Below, one piece after another: positions 30,184-38,817 of a DNA stretch of 64,000 nt. This DNA comes from Candidatus Tayloriibacteriota bacterium. GTDB lineage: Bacteria > Patescibacteriota > Minisyncoccia > Phycocordibacterales > UBA6065. The stretch is from the NCBI GenBank assembly GCA_016215405.1, contig JACRJQ010000007.1, forward strand, positions 71,297 to 135,296, written 5' to 3'. The stretch's first letter is position 1. Every line of letters begins with the position of its first letter. Under the pieces are notes generated by a model, which saw nothing but the letters and a program-made list of their open reading frames with translations, made no database searches and was not told the origin of the DNA. A program made the translations under genes and the position numbers.

Positions 30184-30833
30184 TAGCAGCTCTTGCGCAG
30201 CCCGATGAAACAGAGGATCTTCTGCCAGAGGCCGGCCTTAGCCTGACTCTTCGCAGGAGAGACATCGACGGGAGACGAGCTCGACATGAGGCTAGTCGTC
30301 GCCTGCGAGCTCGAGGCTGAGGCCGGAGCCGGACCGGAGAAATCAAACGGATCGTTATAGAACTCGCTCTTCCCCGGCTTCTCATCGGCTCGAGTCTGTA
30401 CAAGCTTCGACTTGTAGGCGGCGATCCTGCCCTCGGGCGACCTCACGAGTGAGAATTCTATGTCCTCCTTCGAGAGAGGGCTCGCCTCGTCGATGTATCC
30501 GCTCATAGGGCCGACGTTCTCGATCACCCTGTTCTCTTCGACGACGCTCTCGGGCTCAGCCTTCGACGTCCAGTAGACGCTTAGCTTGTTGAACTTGTAG
30601 CCCTTTTCGAGGCATGCGCCGTCCTTTACGCGGTAAGACTTCACGACCTCCCCTCCCGGGCTAAACTCTCGGGCGACGAGCGAGATCTCGGGAAAATCGG
30701 CGAGGTTCACGAATTTGACGCACCTCTCGAGCATCTTCGATCCCGGCGGGATGATATCGGCCGATGCGAACGACGGCGCGAGGGCGATGAGGGCAAGAGC
30801 GAAAAGAGACGATGGGACGTATTTCATACTCAT
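30183..30833 (-). CDS. hypothetical secreted protein
   Basis: 216 aa; signal peptide ending ASA; C-terminal Ser/Ala-rich tail. Confidence 0.5.
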   Translation of the reverse strand: MSMKYVPSSLFALALIALAPSFASADIIPPGSKMLERCVKFVNLADFPEISLVAREFSPGGEVVKSYRVKDGACLEKGYKFNKLSVYWTSKAEPESVVEENRVIENVGPMSGYIDEASPLSKEDIEFSLVRSPEGRIAAYKSKLVQTRADEKPGKSEFYNDPFDFSGPAPASASSSQATTSLMSSSSPVDVSPAKSQAKAGLWQKILCFIGLRKSC

Positions 30834-30919
30834 ATATTAAGCGCGCTTCTATGTCGCTAATAGTAGCAGGTATAAGGAGAGGTATCGAGGGCGGGGTTCG
30901 AACGCGAGCCTTCATTTGG

Positions 30920-31005
30920 CGGAGACGGAGAGAATTTCGGTCCTTACAGGACCAGTACCCCGATTGGCGCGAGTACGCGGCTCAATCGGGCTTCGAATCT
31001 CTCAC
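30920..31005. repeat. 86-bp direct repeat, copy 1 (duplicated tRNA-Ser mirror element)
   Basis: Identical to 31076-31161 by eye. Begins with ggagacggagaga, antisense of the tRNA-Ser 3' end; ends with ttcgaatctctcac, antisense of the T-loop/stem; two internal hairpins. Confidence 0.8.
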
Positions 31006-31075
31006 ACCCCTATCGATGATTCGGTCACAGGTTTTCGCTTGCTAGCGAAACCCGCGACCCCGCCTCGCGCCGTCG

Positions 31076-31161
31076 CGGAGACGGAGAGAATTTCGGTCCT
31101 TACAGGACCAGTACCCCGATTGGCGCGAGTACGCGGCTCAATCGGGCTTCGAATCTCTCAC
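31076..31161. repeat. 86-bp direct repeat, copy 2 (tRNA-Ser mirror element)
   Basis: Same 86 bp as copy 1, period 156. Followed by a gcaggcgtaccacgcctgc hairpin and a sense-strand ctcgtctccgcca. Confidence 0.8.
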
Positions 31162-31227
31162 GCAGGCGTACCACGCCTGCTCGTCTCCGCCAAACAAAAA
31201 ACGGCACTTTCGTGCTCGTTTTTGTAT

Positions 31228-31319
31228 TGGCGGAGACGGAGAGATTCGAACTCTCGAACCAGTTTTACCCGGTTAACACCTTAGCAAGGTGCCGCTTTCG
31301 ACCACTCAGCCACGTCTCC
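31228..31319 (-). tRNA. tRNA-Ser (anticodon GCT), CCA encoded
   Basis: Type II tRNA. Acceptor GGAGACG/CGTCTCC, anticodon loop TTGCTAA, long variable arm, T-arm CGAGAGTTCGAATCTCTC, G73 plus CCA. Confidence 0.85.
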
Positions 31320-31461
31320 CTCGTACTAGCTTTGGAGCAGAGAGACAATACCATATCGACGCTCGATTTTCTACGTTTTTCAGCGAAGATTGATAAAACA
31401 GAGAGCGAGTGATAGGGTTTGCGAGAATTCAGTCACAGCAACATCGAAACAGGAGGCTACC

Positions 31462-31947
31462 ATGGCTCAAGAGACCTATCAGACGGTCGAGTCGCTTTGG
31501 AACGAGGAGGGTCGCGGCATGAGAGCGGTGTGGAGCGCAGACCCAATGCATTTCCGGACGCTCACGAATCAGACAGCTACCGCGCACCTCCTCCTCTCTT
31601 CCACCAGGCAAAAGACTCGCGGGGTCCGCGCGATCATCTTCGACGAGAGCGAGGGCAAGAAGGTCGATTACAGGTTCGACGAGGATTCTCCTCTGGCCTG
31701 GACCGACAGGGAGCTCGCGACGGCGTTCGACCGGGTCCGAAACTCGAAGAACCTCGCCACTGACCCTGACTTCGCTCGCGAATGCGGCGCAGACGTCGCT
31801 ATCCGCGGCAAGTTCGCCCGCAAAGGCAGAGAGCTCGTCATCTTCTGCGAGGAAATGGAGGGAGACCCTCCCAAAAAGAGAGCGTTCTCGATCCTCGTCA
31901 CGGACGAAATCGCAGGGGCCGTGGGAATGCTCCTGCCGAAGCTCTAA
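31462..31947 (+). CDS. hypothetical protein, paralog A of a tandem pair
   Basis: Start reassigned to MAQETYQ with an AGGAGG SD; shares the GKFARKG...V.FC...G...V.DEI C-terminal block with the next gene. Confidence 0.55.
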   Translation: MAQETYQTVESLWNEEGRGMRAVWSADPMHFRTLTNQTATAHLLLSSTRQKTRGVRAIIFDESEGKKVDYRFDEDSPLAWTDRELATAFDRVRNSKNLATDPDFARECGADVAIRGKFARKGRELVIFCEEMEGDPPKKRAFSILVTDEIAGAVGMLLPKL

Positions 31948-32056
31948 GCCCTTCATGCACTTTCCGCCCCGCGTCCGCGCGGGGCTTTGATTTGAAAAAG
32001 GGCCATCCCTCTGATAAGGTCACCCAGAAACTCAAACCAACGGGAGGATACAGACC

Positions 32057-32497
32057 ATGAACGAACAGACCGAAACGACGCCCATCGACTGGAAAGAAGG
32101 AGCGAGATACAAAGCGACCCTCGCAGAGGACGTGAACCACAAAGGGCTCACCGTCACGACCTTCGCGGCGCATCTTATGATCGAGCGCGCGGAGGACGGG
32201 TTTTCGACCCGCCTCGTCGCGTTCGGCGAGAAGAGCAAGAGGTCCGCGGACGGCCTACTCAACTTCTCGCGAGACGAGCTCCTCACGGCGCTCGGCCTGC
32301 CGCGCGAGGCAGATTCGACCGACCGGCGATTCGCCGAATCAGTCGAAGCGGAATTCGCCTTGCCCGGGAAATTCGCCCGCAAGGGAGGCGTCCTCGCCGT
32401 CTTCTGCAAAGCGGAAGACGGCACCGAGCGGCGCTACTACTTCGTCATCCCTGACGAGATTAAGCCCGCCCTTTCCCTCTATCTCAACCATCGCTGA
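32057..32497 (+). CDS. hypothetical protein, paralog B of a tandem pair
   Basis: 146 aa; GGAGGA SD; C-terminal LPGKFARKGGVLAVFCKAEDG...VIPDEI is homologous to paralog A. Confidence 0.55.
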   Translation: MNEQTETTPIDWKEGARYKATLAEDVNHKGLTVTTFAAHLMIERAEDGFSTRLVAFGEKSKRSADGLLNFSRDELLTALGLPREADSTDRRFAESVEAEFALPGKFARKGGVLAVFCKAEDGTERRYYFVIPDEIKPALSLYLNHR

Positions 32498-32559
32498 TCC
32501 CCAAAGGATCGATATCCGACCGCGAGCGCCAAGCTCGCGGTTTTTGCTATCATACCCCC

Positions 32560-33366
32560 ATGACAGAATCTCGGTTCAAGGCCCTCATATGGGACTATTA
32601 CAAAAATGCCGGCCGGCACGGATTACCGTGGAGAAAGACCAAAGATCCTTACCGTATCCTCGTCTCCGAAGTGATGCTCCAGCAGACCCAGGTGCCGCGA
32701 GTCCTCGCGAAGTACCCCGAATTCCTCTCCCGCTTCCCCACCACGAGATCGCTCGCCCGAGCGAAGGTCTCAGAGATCCTTAAGGTGTGGAAAGGGCTCG
32801 GATACAACCGTCGGGCGCTCGCCCTCAAGCGCGTATCGGAGATCGTCTCGATCGAGTTCAAAGGAAGATTTCCGAAAGAGGCCCACGAGCTGGAATCTCT
32901 GCCCGGCATCGGCCCGTCTACCCGCGGCGCCATCATGGCCTTCTCGTTCGGGCTCCCCACCACATATATAGAGACGAACATCCGCGCGGTCTTCCTCCAT
33001 TTTTTCTTCAAGGGCAAGAAAGGCGTCGACGACAAAGAGATACTACCTCTCGTCGAGAGGACTCTCGACCGCGAGAGGCCGCGCGACTGGTACTACGCCT
33101 TGATGGACTACGGCGTCTATCTCAAGCGGACGCTCCCTAACCCCTCGCGCGCTTCGAAGCATCACGCGAGGCAAGCCTCCTTCAAAGGATCTAACCGCGA
33201 GGTGCGCTCGAAGATACTCTCGTACGTCCTTGAAAAGCCTCGTACGCAAAAAGAGATCGAGAGGTACATAGGAAAGACGCCGCACGACATAGACAAGAAC
33301 ATACGAGATCTCGTAAAAGAGGGATTCCTCGCGAAGGCGGGAAAGACGCTCTCGGCGCGCTCCTGA
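32560..33366 (+). CDS. MutY-like HhH-GPD DNA glycosylase lacking the Fe-S cluster, with a C-terminal winged-helix-like extension
   Basis: N-terminus LPWRKTKDPYRILVSEVMLQQTQV...LGYNRRA matches the MutY/EndoIII family; HhH-GPD motif LPGIGPSTRGAIMAFSF; zero cysteines in 268 aa. Confidence 0.65.
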   Translation: MTESRFKALIWDYYKNAGRHGLPWRKTKDPYRILVSEVMLQQTQVPRVLAKYPEFLSRFPTTRSLARAKVSEILKVWKGLGYNRRALALKRVSEIVSIEFKGRFPKEAHELESLPGIGPSTRGAIMAFSFGLPTTYIETNIRAVFLHFFFKGKKGVDDKEILPLVERTLDRERPRDWYYALMDYGVYLKRTLPNPSRASKHHARQASFKGSNREVRSKILSYVLEKPRTQKEIERYIGKTPHDIDKNIRDLVKEGFLAKAGKTLSARS

Positions 33367-33430
33367 GAAACCCCGCAGCAAAGGGATTCGTATTATGGTG
33401 AAACGCCTCTTAACCGACTAAAGGAACCAT

Positions 33431-34006
33431 ATGAAAATCGTCCTCATAGCAATACTCTGCCTCGTCGTCGTCGGAGGAGTCGTCTATGCCCTGACATCGA
33501 CCCAAAGCTACGAAACCGACGGCGAAGGGATCGTCTGCACCATGGACGCAAAGCTCTGCCCTGACGGATCGTATGTCGGGCGGACAGGGCCTGATTGCCA
33601 GTTCGCGGCATGCCCCGACGGAAACGCGACTTCGACGGCGACCTCGACCGGCGCGACGACGAGAGCGGCCGGGGCGCGACAAGCAGACGCGGCGACGATC
33701 GAGCTTGCGCCCGCTTCGACCGTCTCGCTGCCAACATCGGCTTCGGTAGCGTACACCGGCCTCGGATTCTCGCCGCGCGAGGCAATGGTCGCTCTCGGCG
33801 GAAAGGTGACCTTCACCAACAAGTCGAGCTCCAACCTGTGGGTCGCCTCCGACCCGCATCCGACGCATAACGGCTATCCAGGCTTCGACCAAGGCCGATC
33901 CGTGCCGCCGGGCGGATCGTGGACCTTTACGTTCGAGCGCGAAGGATCGTGGACGTATCACAACCATATAATATCGACGCACAGAGGGACCGTCGTCGCG
34001 CGATAG
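33431..34006 (+). CDS. hypothetical secreted protein
   Basis: 191 aa; signal/TM anchor; C-terminal beta-rich domain (KVTFTNKSS...SWTFTFEREGSWTYHNH), possibly cupredoxin-like. Confidence 0.45.
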   Translation: MKIVLIAILCLVVVGGVVYALTSTQSYETDGEGIVCTMDAKLCPDGSYVGRTGPDCQFAACPDGNATSTATSTGATTRAAGARQADAATIELAPASTVSLPTSASVAYTGLGFSPREAMVALGGKVTFTNKSSSNLWVASDPHPTHNGYPGFDQGRSVPPGGSWTFTFEREGSWTYHNHIISTHRGTVVAR

Positions 34007-34075
34007 AGATATAAAGAGGAGTATAAAACGAAACAGCGCTCGAACGAGCGCTGTCTGAAAGTCGGGAGATGCCCG

Positions 34076-34366
34076 TCACGTCTTCGGAGAGGCCCACTGA
34101 AGGCGCTTCTCGATGACCATGAAGCAGACGAGGGCGAGCAATCCTCCTACGATGAGCGCCGACCAGAAGCCGAGGCCGAAGTAGGAGGCGATCGCCGAGA
34201 GACAGGACCAGCCGGAGAGGAACCCAAAGCCGAGGATATCCTCCTTGCCCTGGTCGTCGCCTCCCCTCAGAGAAGAGACAAGGAGGCAGAGTTTGATGAG
34301 GCAGGCGAAGAACGAAAGGCCGAAGAATACTAAGGCCTTGTGGGACATAAGCCATTCGATGAGCAT
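34076..34366 (-). CDS. small hypothetical membrane protein
   Basis: 96 aa, 3 TM; last gene of the flotillin operon on the minus strand. Confidence 0.35.
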   Translation of the reverse strand: MLIEWLMSHKALVFFGLSFFACLIKLCLLVSSLRGGDDQGKEDILGFGFLSGWSCLSAIASYFGLGFWSALIVGGLLALVCFMVIEKRLQWASPKT

Positions 34367-34539
34367 GGTGAGTGCGGTGGTTGCGGAGCCGGGAAGTCGG
34401 ACACCAGCGAGAACTATACCGACCCCTAAAAATTAGTCAAAGGCCCCTCTTCCCGCTCTCTATATATAAAAGAAAAGGCGCGGGGATCTTTCGATTCCCG
34501 CGCCTCGCAAATTTGACACTACTTACTTGTTGCTTTTCG

Positions 34540-36384
34540 TCAGCTGACCGTCGGAGTATCGGTCGCACCAGGCGCCGCAGGGGCGCCATTCGCCGACCGA
34601 GCAGCCGCAGCGATCGTCGTCGGATTGAGTCCGACGTTCATGCCGAGCATCTTCTGGAGACCCGAGCCATCCATCTTGAAGAAGGACAAGAGGGGCTTCA
34701 CATCGACGCCGCGAGCTTCGCACTGAGTGAAGAAGTTCGCGATCGCCGTCGGGATCGACGTGGCCAGAGTCTGGAGGGCATCCCCCGTCGTCTTGCCGCC
34801 GCCGAGATCCGTGATGTTGATCGTGCCGATCTTGCCAAGGCCGATGCCCATGGGTCCGAAGACCTCCTTGGCGATCGCCGCGCCCGCTTCGCCGCCTTTT
34901 TCGAGGAGGCCGGGCAAACGGTCGAGGATCAGGATGAGCTGACCGCGCTCGTCCATCTTTTGGAGCGCTTCGGCGAGCTTTTCAGTGCCGGTCGCTTCCG
35001 CCAGAAGGGCGTTCTGCTTGCCCTCCGCGATGGCGTTAAGCCGCAGGCGTTCGCCCTCGGCTGTCGCCACGAGCTTCGCCTTGTCGCCTTCCGCCGCCGC
35101 CAGGAGCTTCGCCTTGTCGCCTTCCGCCGTAGCGAGCGCGACAGCGCGATTGCCCTCGGCCTGAGCGCCGAGAGTGACCTTGGTCGCCTCAGCCTCGGCG
35201 TTCGCCTGGAGCTTGCGCTTTTCGGCTTCGCCTTGACCGGTGGTGACCGCTGCCTTCCGTTGGCCTTCGGCCTGGATGGCAGCGCGTTCGGCTTCGAACT
35301 GGGCAGCCTTCTGCCCGGCCTCAGCGCGAATGAGGATCGCCTTGCTTTCCGCTTCGGCGGCGACGATGACCGTCGCGTCGAGCTCCTTTTCCTTGCGCTT
35401 GCGCTCTTGCTCTTCCACGCCGACGCGCGCCTCGGCATCTGCCTTGTCGCGGTCTGCCTGGGCGATCTTGAGCTGCTTTTCCATGCTCGCCTTAGCGAGC
35501 TCGCCCGCCAGATTCGCTTCCGCGTTTTTGGCGTCGACGAGCCCCTTGTTCGCTGCGACTTGAAGCGCGAGCTGGCGCTGGGCTTCTGCGATCTTCGCGT
35601 CGTTCTGGGCCTTCGCCTCCGCGGCTTCGCGGGCGGCGTTGCTCGTCTTGACGCTCGTTTCCTTCTGCGCTTCCGCGACCCTGATCGCCGTCTCCTTCTC
35701 GGCTTCGGCGACCTGGATGTTGGCGTCGCGCATCGTGTTGGCGATCTCCTGCTTGCCGAGGGCCTCGATGTAGCCGTGCTCGTCCGAGACGTCCTGGATG
35801 ACCAGGGTGAGGATCTGCAGGCCGAGCTTGCGGAATTCTTCCGCCGACTCCTTGACGACCATCTCATTGAACGTCGCGCGCTCCCGAAGGAGCTCGTGGA
35901 CCTCCAATTTTCCGATGATCGACCGGATGTGGCCCTTGAGGATCTGCCCGACGAATTCATTGATCTCCTGCGGCGATTTGCCGAGGAAAGCCTGAACCGC
36001 GTTGTGCTGGTCCTCCGGGGCGTTCGAGATGCGGCACGTGGCCACGCCTTCGATCGAGACCCGGACGTTCTTGGCGCTCGGGATCTTCGCCTCCTTCACA
36101 TCCACCTGGAATGCCGCCATCGACATCTCCTGGTAGCGTTCGAAGAGGGGCCACAAGATCGAGCCGCCGCCCGTTACGGTGCGGAAACCGCGCTTGTGGA
36201 CCTTGTTGTCGGCGTCGATGTAGGAGTATTTCATCCCATAGAAGACGCCGATGACGTTCGGAGCGACGCGTTTGTAGCGCGACGAGACGACGTAGCCGAG
36301 GAACACGAACGCGAGGACGATTGCCACCGCGATGATCGGAGTCGTGAACGACCCCGCGCTGACTTCTGCGATAATAAGATTCAT
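34540..36384 (-). CDS. flotillin-like SPFH/band-7 protein (FloT/YqiK family)
   Basis: 614 aa; N-terminal TM, SPFH domain, long Ala/Glu-rich coiled-coil (EA repeats). Confidence 0.85.
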   Translation of the reverse strand: MNLIIAEVSAGSFTTPIIAVAIVLAFVFLGYVVSSRYKRVAPNVIGVFYGMKYSYIDADNKVHKRGFRTVTGGGSILWPLFERYQEMSMAAFQVDVKEAKIPSAKNVRVSIEGVATCRISNAPEDQHNAVQAFLGKSPQEINEFVGQILKGHIRSIIGKLEVHELLRERATFNEMVVKESAEEFRKLGLQILTLVIQDVSDEHGYIEALGKQEIANTMRDANIQVAEAEKETAIRVAEAQKETSVKTSNAAREAAEAKAQNDAKIAEAQRQLALQVAANKGLVDAKNAEANLAGELAKASMEKQLKIAQADRDKADAEARVGVEEQERKRKEKELDATVIVAAEAESKAILIRAEAGQKAAQFEAERAAIQAEGQRKAAVTTGQGEAEKRKLQANAEAEATKVTLGAQAEGNRAVALATAEGDKAKLLAAAEGDKAKLVATAEGERLRLNAIAEGKQNALLAEATGTEKLAEALQKMDERGQLILILDRLPGLLEKGGEAGAAIAKEVFGPMGIGLGKIGTINITDLGGGKTTGDALQTLATSIPTAIANFFTQCEARGVDVKPLLSFFKMDGSGLQKMLGMNVGLNPTTIAAAARSANGAPAAPGATDTPTVS

Positions 36385-36438
36385 GGTTCTGAACTGGATT
36401 TCTGAGTTTTTGGTTAGACTGAAGTGAACTGAACTTGA

Positions 36439-37047
36439 TTACACGGCTTCGACGACCAATTGGCCGCCTGCGTTTGATTTGACCTTGACCCTCCGGCCGA
36501 ACGAGATCGGTTGCCCGCTCTCCGTCCGAGCCGAGAAGGTCGAGTAGCTTCCTTGGACCGTGACGCCGACTTCCCCGATCCCGTCTTGGGGGATGCCGAC
36601 CGTGACCTGGCCGAGCTGCCCTACGGCATTGTTCGTATCGATGGCTGAGTTCGACTGCTGGCGATACATCGCCCGCAGCATGCTCCAGCCGACGAGTCCG
36701 AACACGACACCGGAGCAGAGGCCTCCGGACACGCTCGCCGCCGACGAAAAGCCGTTGTGGCTCATGATGGCGCCGATGCCGCCGAAACCGACGAGAAAGA
36801 TCGCGATGACCTTGAATGAGAAGATGCTCACCGTGGTATCGCCGTCATGTCCGTCGCCTGCAGAAGCGTCGTGCCCGCCGTCCCCATCATGTCCGAGGCC
36901 GCCGAAAAGGGCGGACACTGCGAGATAGATGAAGCCGAGGAGCCCGATGCTGATAAAGACCGTCGTCTGTCCGGTCTGCGTTATTGACTCCCAGAGATTT
37001 GAGAGCATGGTATTTGTCCTTGGTTGAGGTTTGACTGTCCTAAACAA
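36439..37047 (-). CDS. NfeD-like membrane protein (flotillin partner, YqiJ-like)
   Basis: TM helices plus a C-terminal OB-fold-like beta domain (GQVTVGIPQDGIGEVGVTVQGSYSTFSAR); immediately upstream of flotillin. Confidence 0.7.
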   Translation of the reverse strand: MFRTVKPQPRTNTMLSNLWESITQTGQTTVFISIGLLGFIYLAVSALFGGLGHDGDGGHDASAGDGHDGDTTVSIFSFKVIAIFLVGFGGIGAIMSHNGFSSAASVSGGLCSGVVFGLVGWSMLRAMYRQQSNSAIDTNNAVGQLGQVTVGIPQDGIGEVGVTVQGSYSTFSARTESGQPISFGRRVKVKSNAGGQLVVEAV

Positions 37048-37175
37048 GTAGTGGTGTCGATGAACACCTGGTTCCGAATACTACATATATTTGTGTATAA
37101 GTCAAGTTTATTGCCGAATAAACAAAAGCCCTCACCTACTTGGAGGGAGGGCCGCATTGAGCCATATACCAGACC

Positions 37176-38702
37176 TTAGGCTCGAACCGCCTTCTGAGCG
37201 GCGTCGTGGAGCTCCGAACCATCTTCCGCGAGAAGAGCAAGAAGTCGCAGCTCGCTATGAGTCGCGATCCGGACGGCCTTCTCGGCGACCCTTCTCTCTA
37301 GATCGTCCGGGCAATCCATATCCTCGTTATCCTCGTCACGGATGACAAGGGAGAGCTCGACTAGTTCGAATACGGACACAGAAAGGCAGAAGGCAGACTC
37401 GAAGGCGTGCAGGCTGAGAGCCTGGGGACAGGAGCCGTCCTTCAGGCACTCGATCACCTTCCCCCGAGACAAGCCGAGGCGATTAAACGCCGCCGCAGCC
37501 GCCTTGATCCGTTCATCGTCATCGTTCAACAGCTCGCAAAGATCGAAGACGTCGTCGAGACCGCGAGAGGCTGCCGCAACCTTGGCGAAGGCGAGTTCCG
37601 CGAGCTCCTCTGTAGCCTCGTCGTCCTCGCAAACGGATTTCCACGAATCACGGCTCTCCCCCTCGCGGCCCTGGAGGGCCTCGAAGACGAGCTTCTCCGC
37701 CTTCGAGGAGCCGGCCGCGGCTTTGTGGAGTTCGACGAGGTCGTCGAGGTCTCCCGCTGCTGCGATTGCTTTAGTGGCTATGGTGAGCTCGAACGGGCTA
37801 TCTTCGTCAGCCCTCTCGAAAAGCTCTTTCCATTCCGAAAAGGAGGCGTCGATCTTGGATATCTCGACGGTCGCCTTGTCGAGCACTTCGAACATCTCGC
37901 GGCTCTCGGCATAATCGCAGACATCTGTCCACTGAGAGAACGTGCCCGCCGTGACGGCCATCTTCTCGAGAGCGAGGCTCGCCAGAGCTTCCGACACATC
38001 CTCGTCATAGGTCCGTTTCCAGTCTTCGAAATCCGCCTCGAACGCTTTGATCGCGCTTAAGACAGACGTTTCGGACTCGTCGCCGTCCGGGATTTCCCGA
38101 TAAACCCTGACGAGCTCGTCGAGGCTCTTCGCGCTCTCGATCGCCTTCTTAAGGGCGACGAGCTTGAAGGCTTCTCCCGCGCCCTCCTTCGAATAGAGGG
38201 AGAGCCACTGGTCGAAGGCAACGGACAGCCTTATAAGCTCCGCTTCCGCCTTGGCAGCGATACCGGAAGCCGGCTCGCTTTCGGACGAGCGGGAAAGGAC
38301 CGTGGCCCACTCCTCGAACGTCTTCGCCGTTTCGGACATCTTCGCCGTCGCGTGCGATTTAAGCGACGCGTCGGCGGCGTCGAGGCAAAGGACGCGCGAC
38401 CAGTCGCTGAACGACTTAGCCGTTTCCTTTATCTTCTCGAGAGCCTTTTGGCCGAGCCTGCTGTCCTGAGAGACCTCGTTATGGACCGTGATCCAGTCGT
38501 CGAGGCTCCTCGCCAGCTTGGAGATCTTGTCGATCGTCTTCCCTTCGAGGACGCTCCCTGTCTCGGTATTGACATAGATGCGGATGCACTGACGAAGGGT
38601 CTCCGCTCCGGCCAACACGTCGACCTGCTGAACTTTTTTCGAGGGCTCGATGTAATCTTCGCCCGAGATGACACATTTGATCCGATGAAGCCATTTGAAC
38701 AT
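37176..38702 (-). CDS. acidic tandem-repeat protein of unknown function (about 10 repeats of roughly 35 aa with an F..W core)
   Basis: Recurrent KAxxTAKSFSDWSRV / AKTFEEWATV / VAFDQWLSLY / AFEADFEDWKRTY / AGTFSQWTDV / DASFSEWKELF units; no TM, D/E-rich. Confidence 0.55.
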   Translation of the reverse strand: MFKWLHRIKCVISGEDYIEPSKKVQQVDVLAGAETLRQCIRIYVNTETGSVLEGKTIDKISKLARSLDDWITVHNEVSQDSRLGQKALEKIKETAKSFSDWSRVLCLDAADASLKSHATAKMSETAKTFEEWATVLSRSSESEPASGIAAKAEAELIRLSVAFDQWLSLYSKEGAGEAFKLVALKKAIESAKSLDELVRVYREIPDGDESETSVLSAIKAFEADFEDWKRTYDEDVSEALASLALEKMAVTAGTFSQWTDVCDYAESREMFEVLDKATVEISKIDASFSEWKELFERADEDSPFELTIATKAIAAAGDLDDLVELHKAAAGSSKAEKLVFEALQGREGESRDSWKSVCEDDEATEELAELAFAKVAAASRGLDDVFDLCELLNDDDERIKAAAAAFNRLGLSRGKVIECLKDGSCPQALSLHAFESAFCLSVSVFELVELSLVIRDEDNEDMDCPDDLERRVAEKAVRIATHSELRLLALLAEDGSELHDAAQKAVRA

Positions 38703-38817
38703 GATCTTGTCCCCTGGTTGGTTGTTGCTGATTCAAAGAAATTCTTTCTCACATAATCTTAAACTTGTCTTTTTGTCAATGATATAAACGATAAGGCTGC
38801 TATAGAATAAAGACTGT

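Noticed and set aside
30920-31161. Possibility that the 86-bp repeats are a CRISPR array or additional tRNA genes
   Set aside because: Only two copies, period 156 with an unrelated spacer, and no cas genes. Neither strand folds into a canonical cloverleaf (no D-arm or anticodon arm). They match only the 3' half of tRNA-Ser in antisense.
30916-31284. 122-aa plus-strand ORF across the tRNA-Ser repeat region
   Set aside because: Spans two identical 86-bp tRNA-derived repeats and the tRNA-Ser gene; the translation is a repeat artefact, not a protein.
34929-35960. 343-aa minus-strand ORF (Ser/Arg-rich)
   Set aside because: Alternate frame of the flotillin coiled-coil region; extreme S/R/K low complexity; no start context.
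34372-36405. 677-aa plus-strand ORF
   Set aside because: Lies antisense to the flotillin gene; Arg/Asp-rich low-complexity translation typical of the reverse frame of a high-GC gene; the flotillin assignment on the minus strand is strong.
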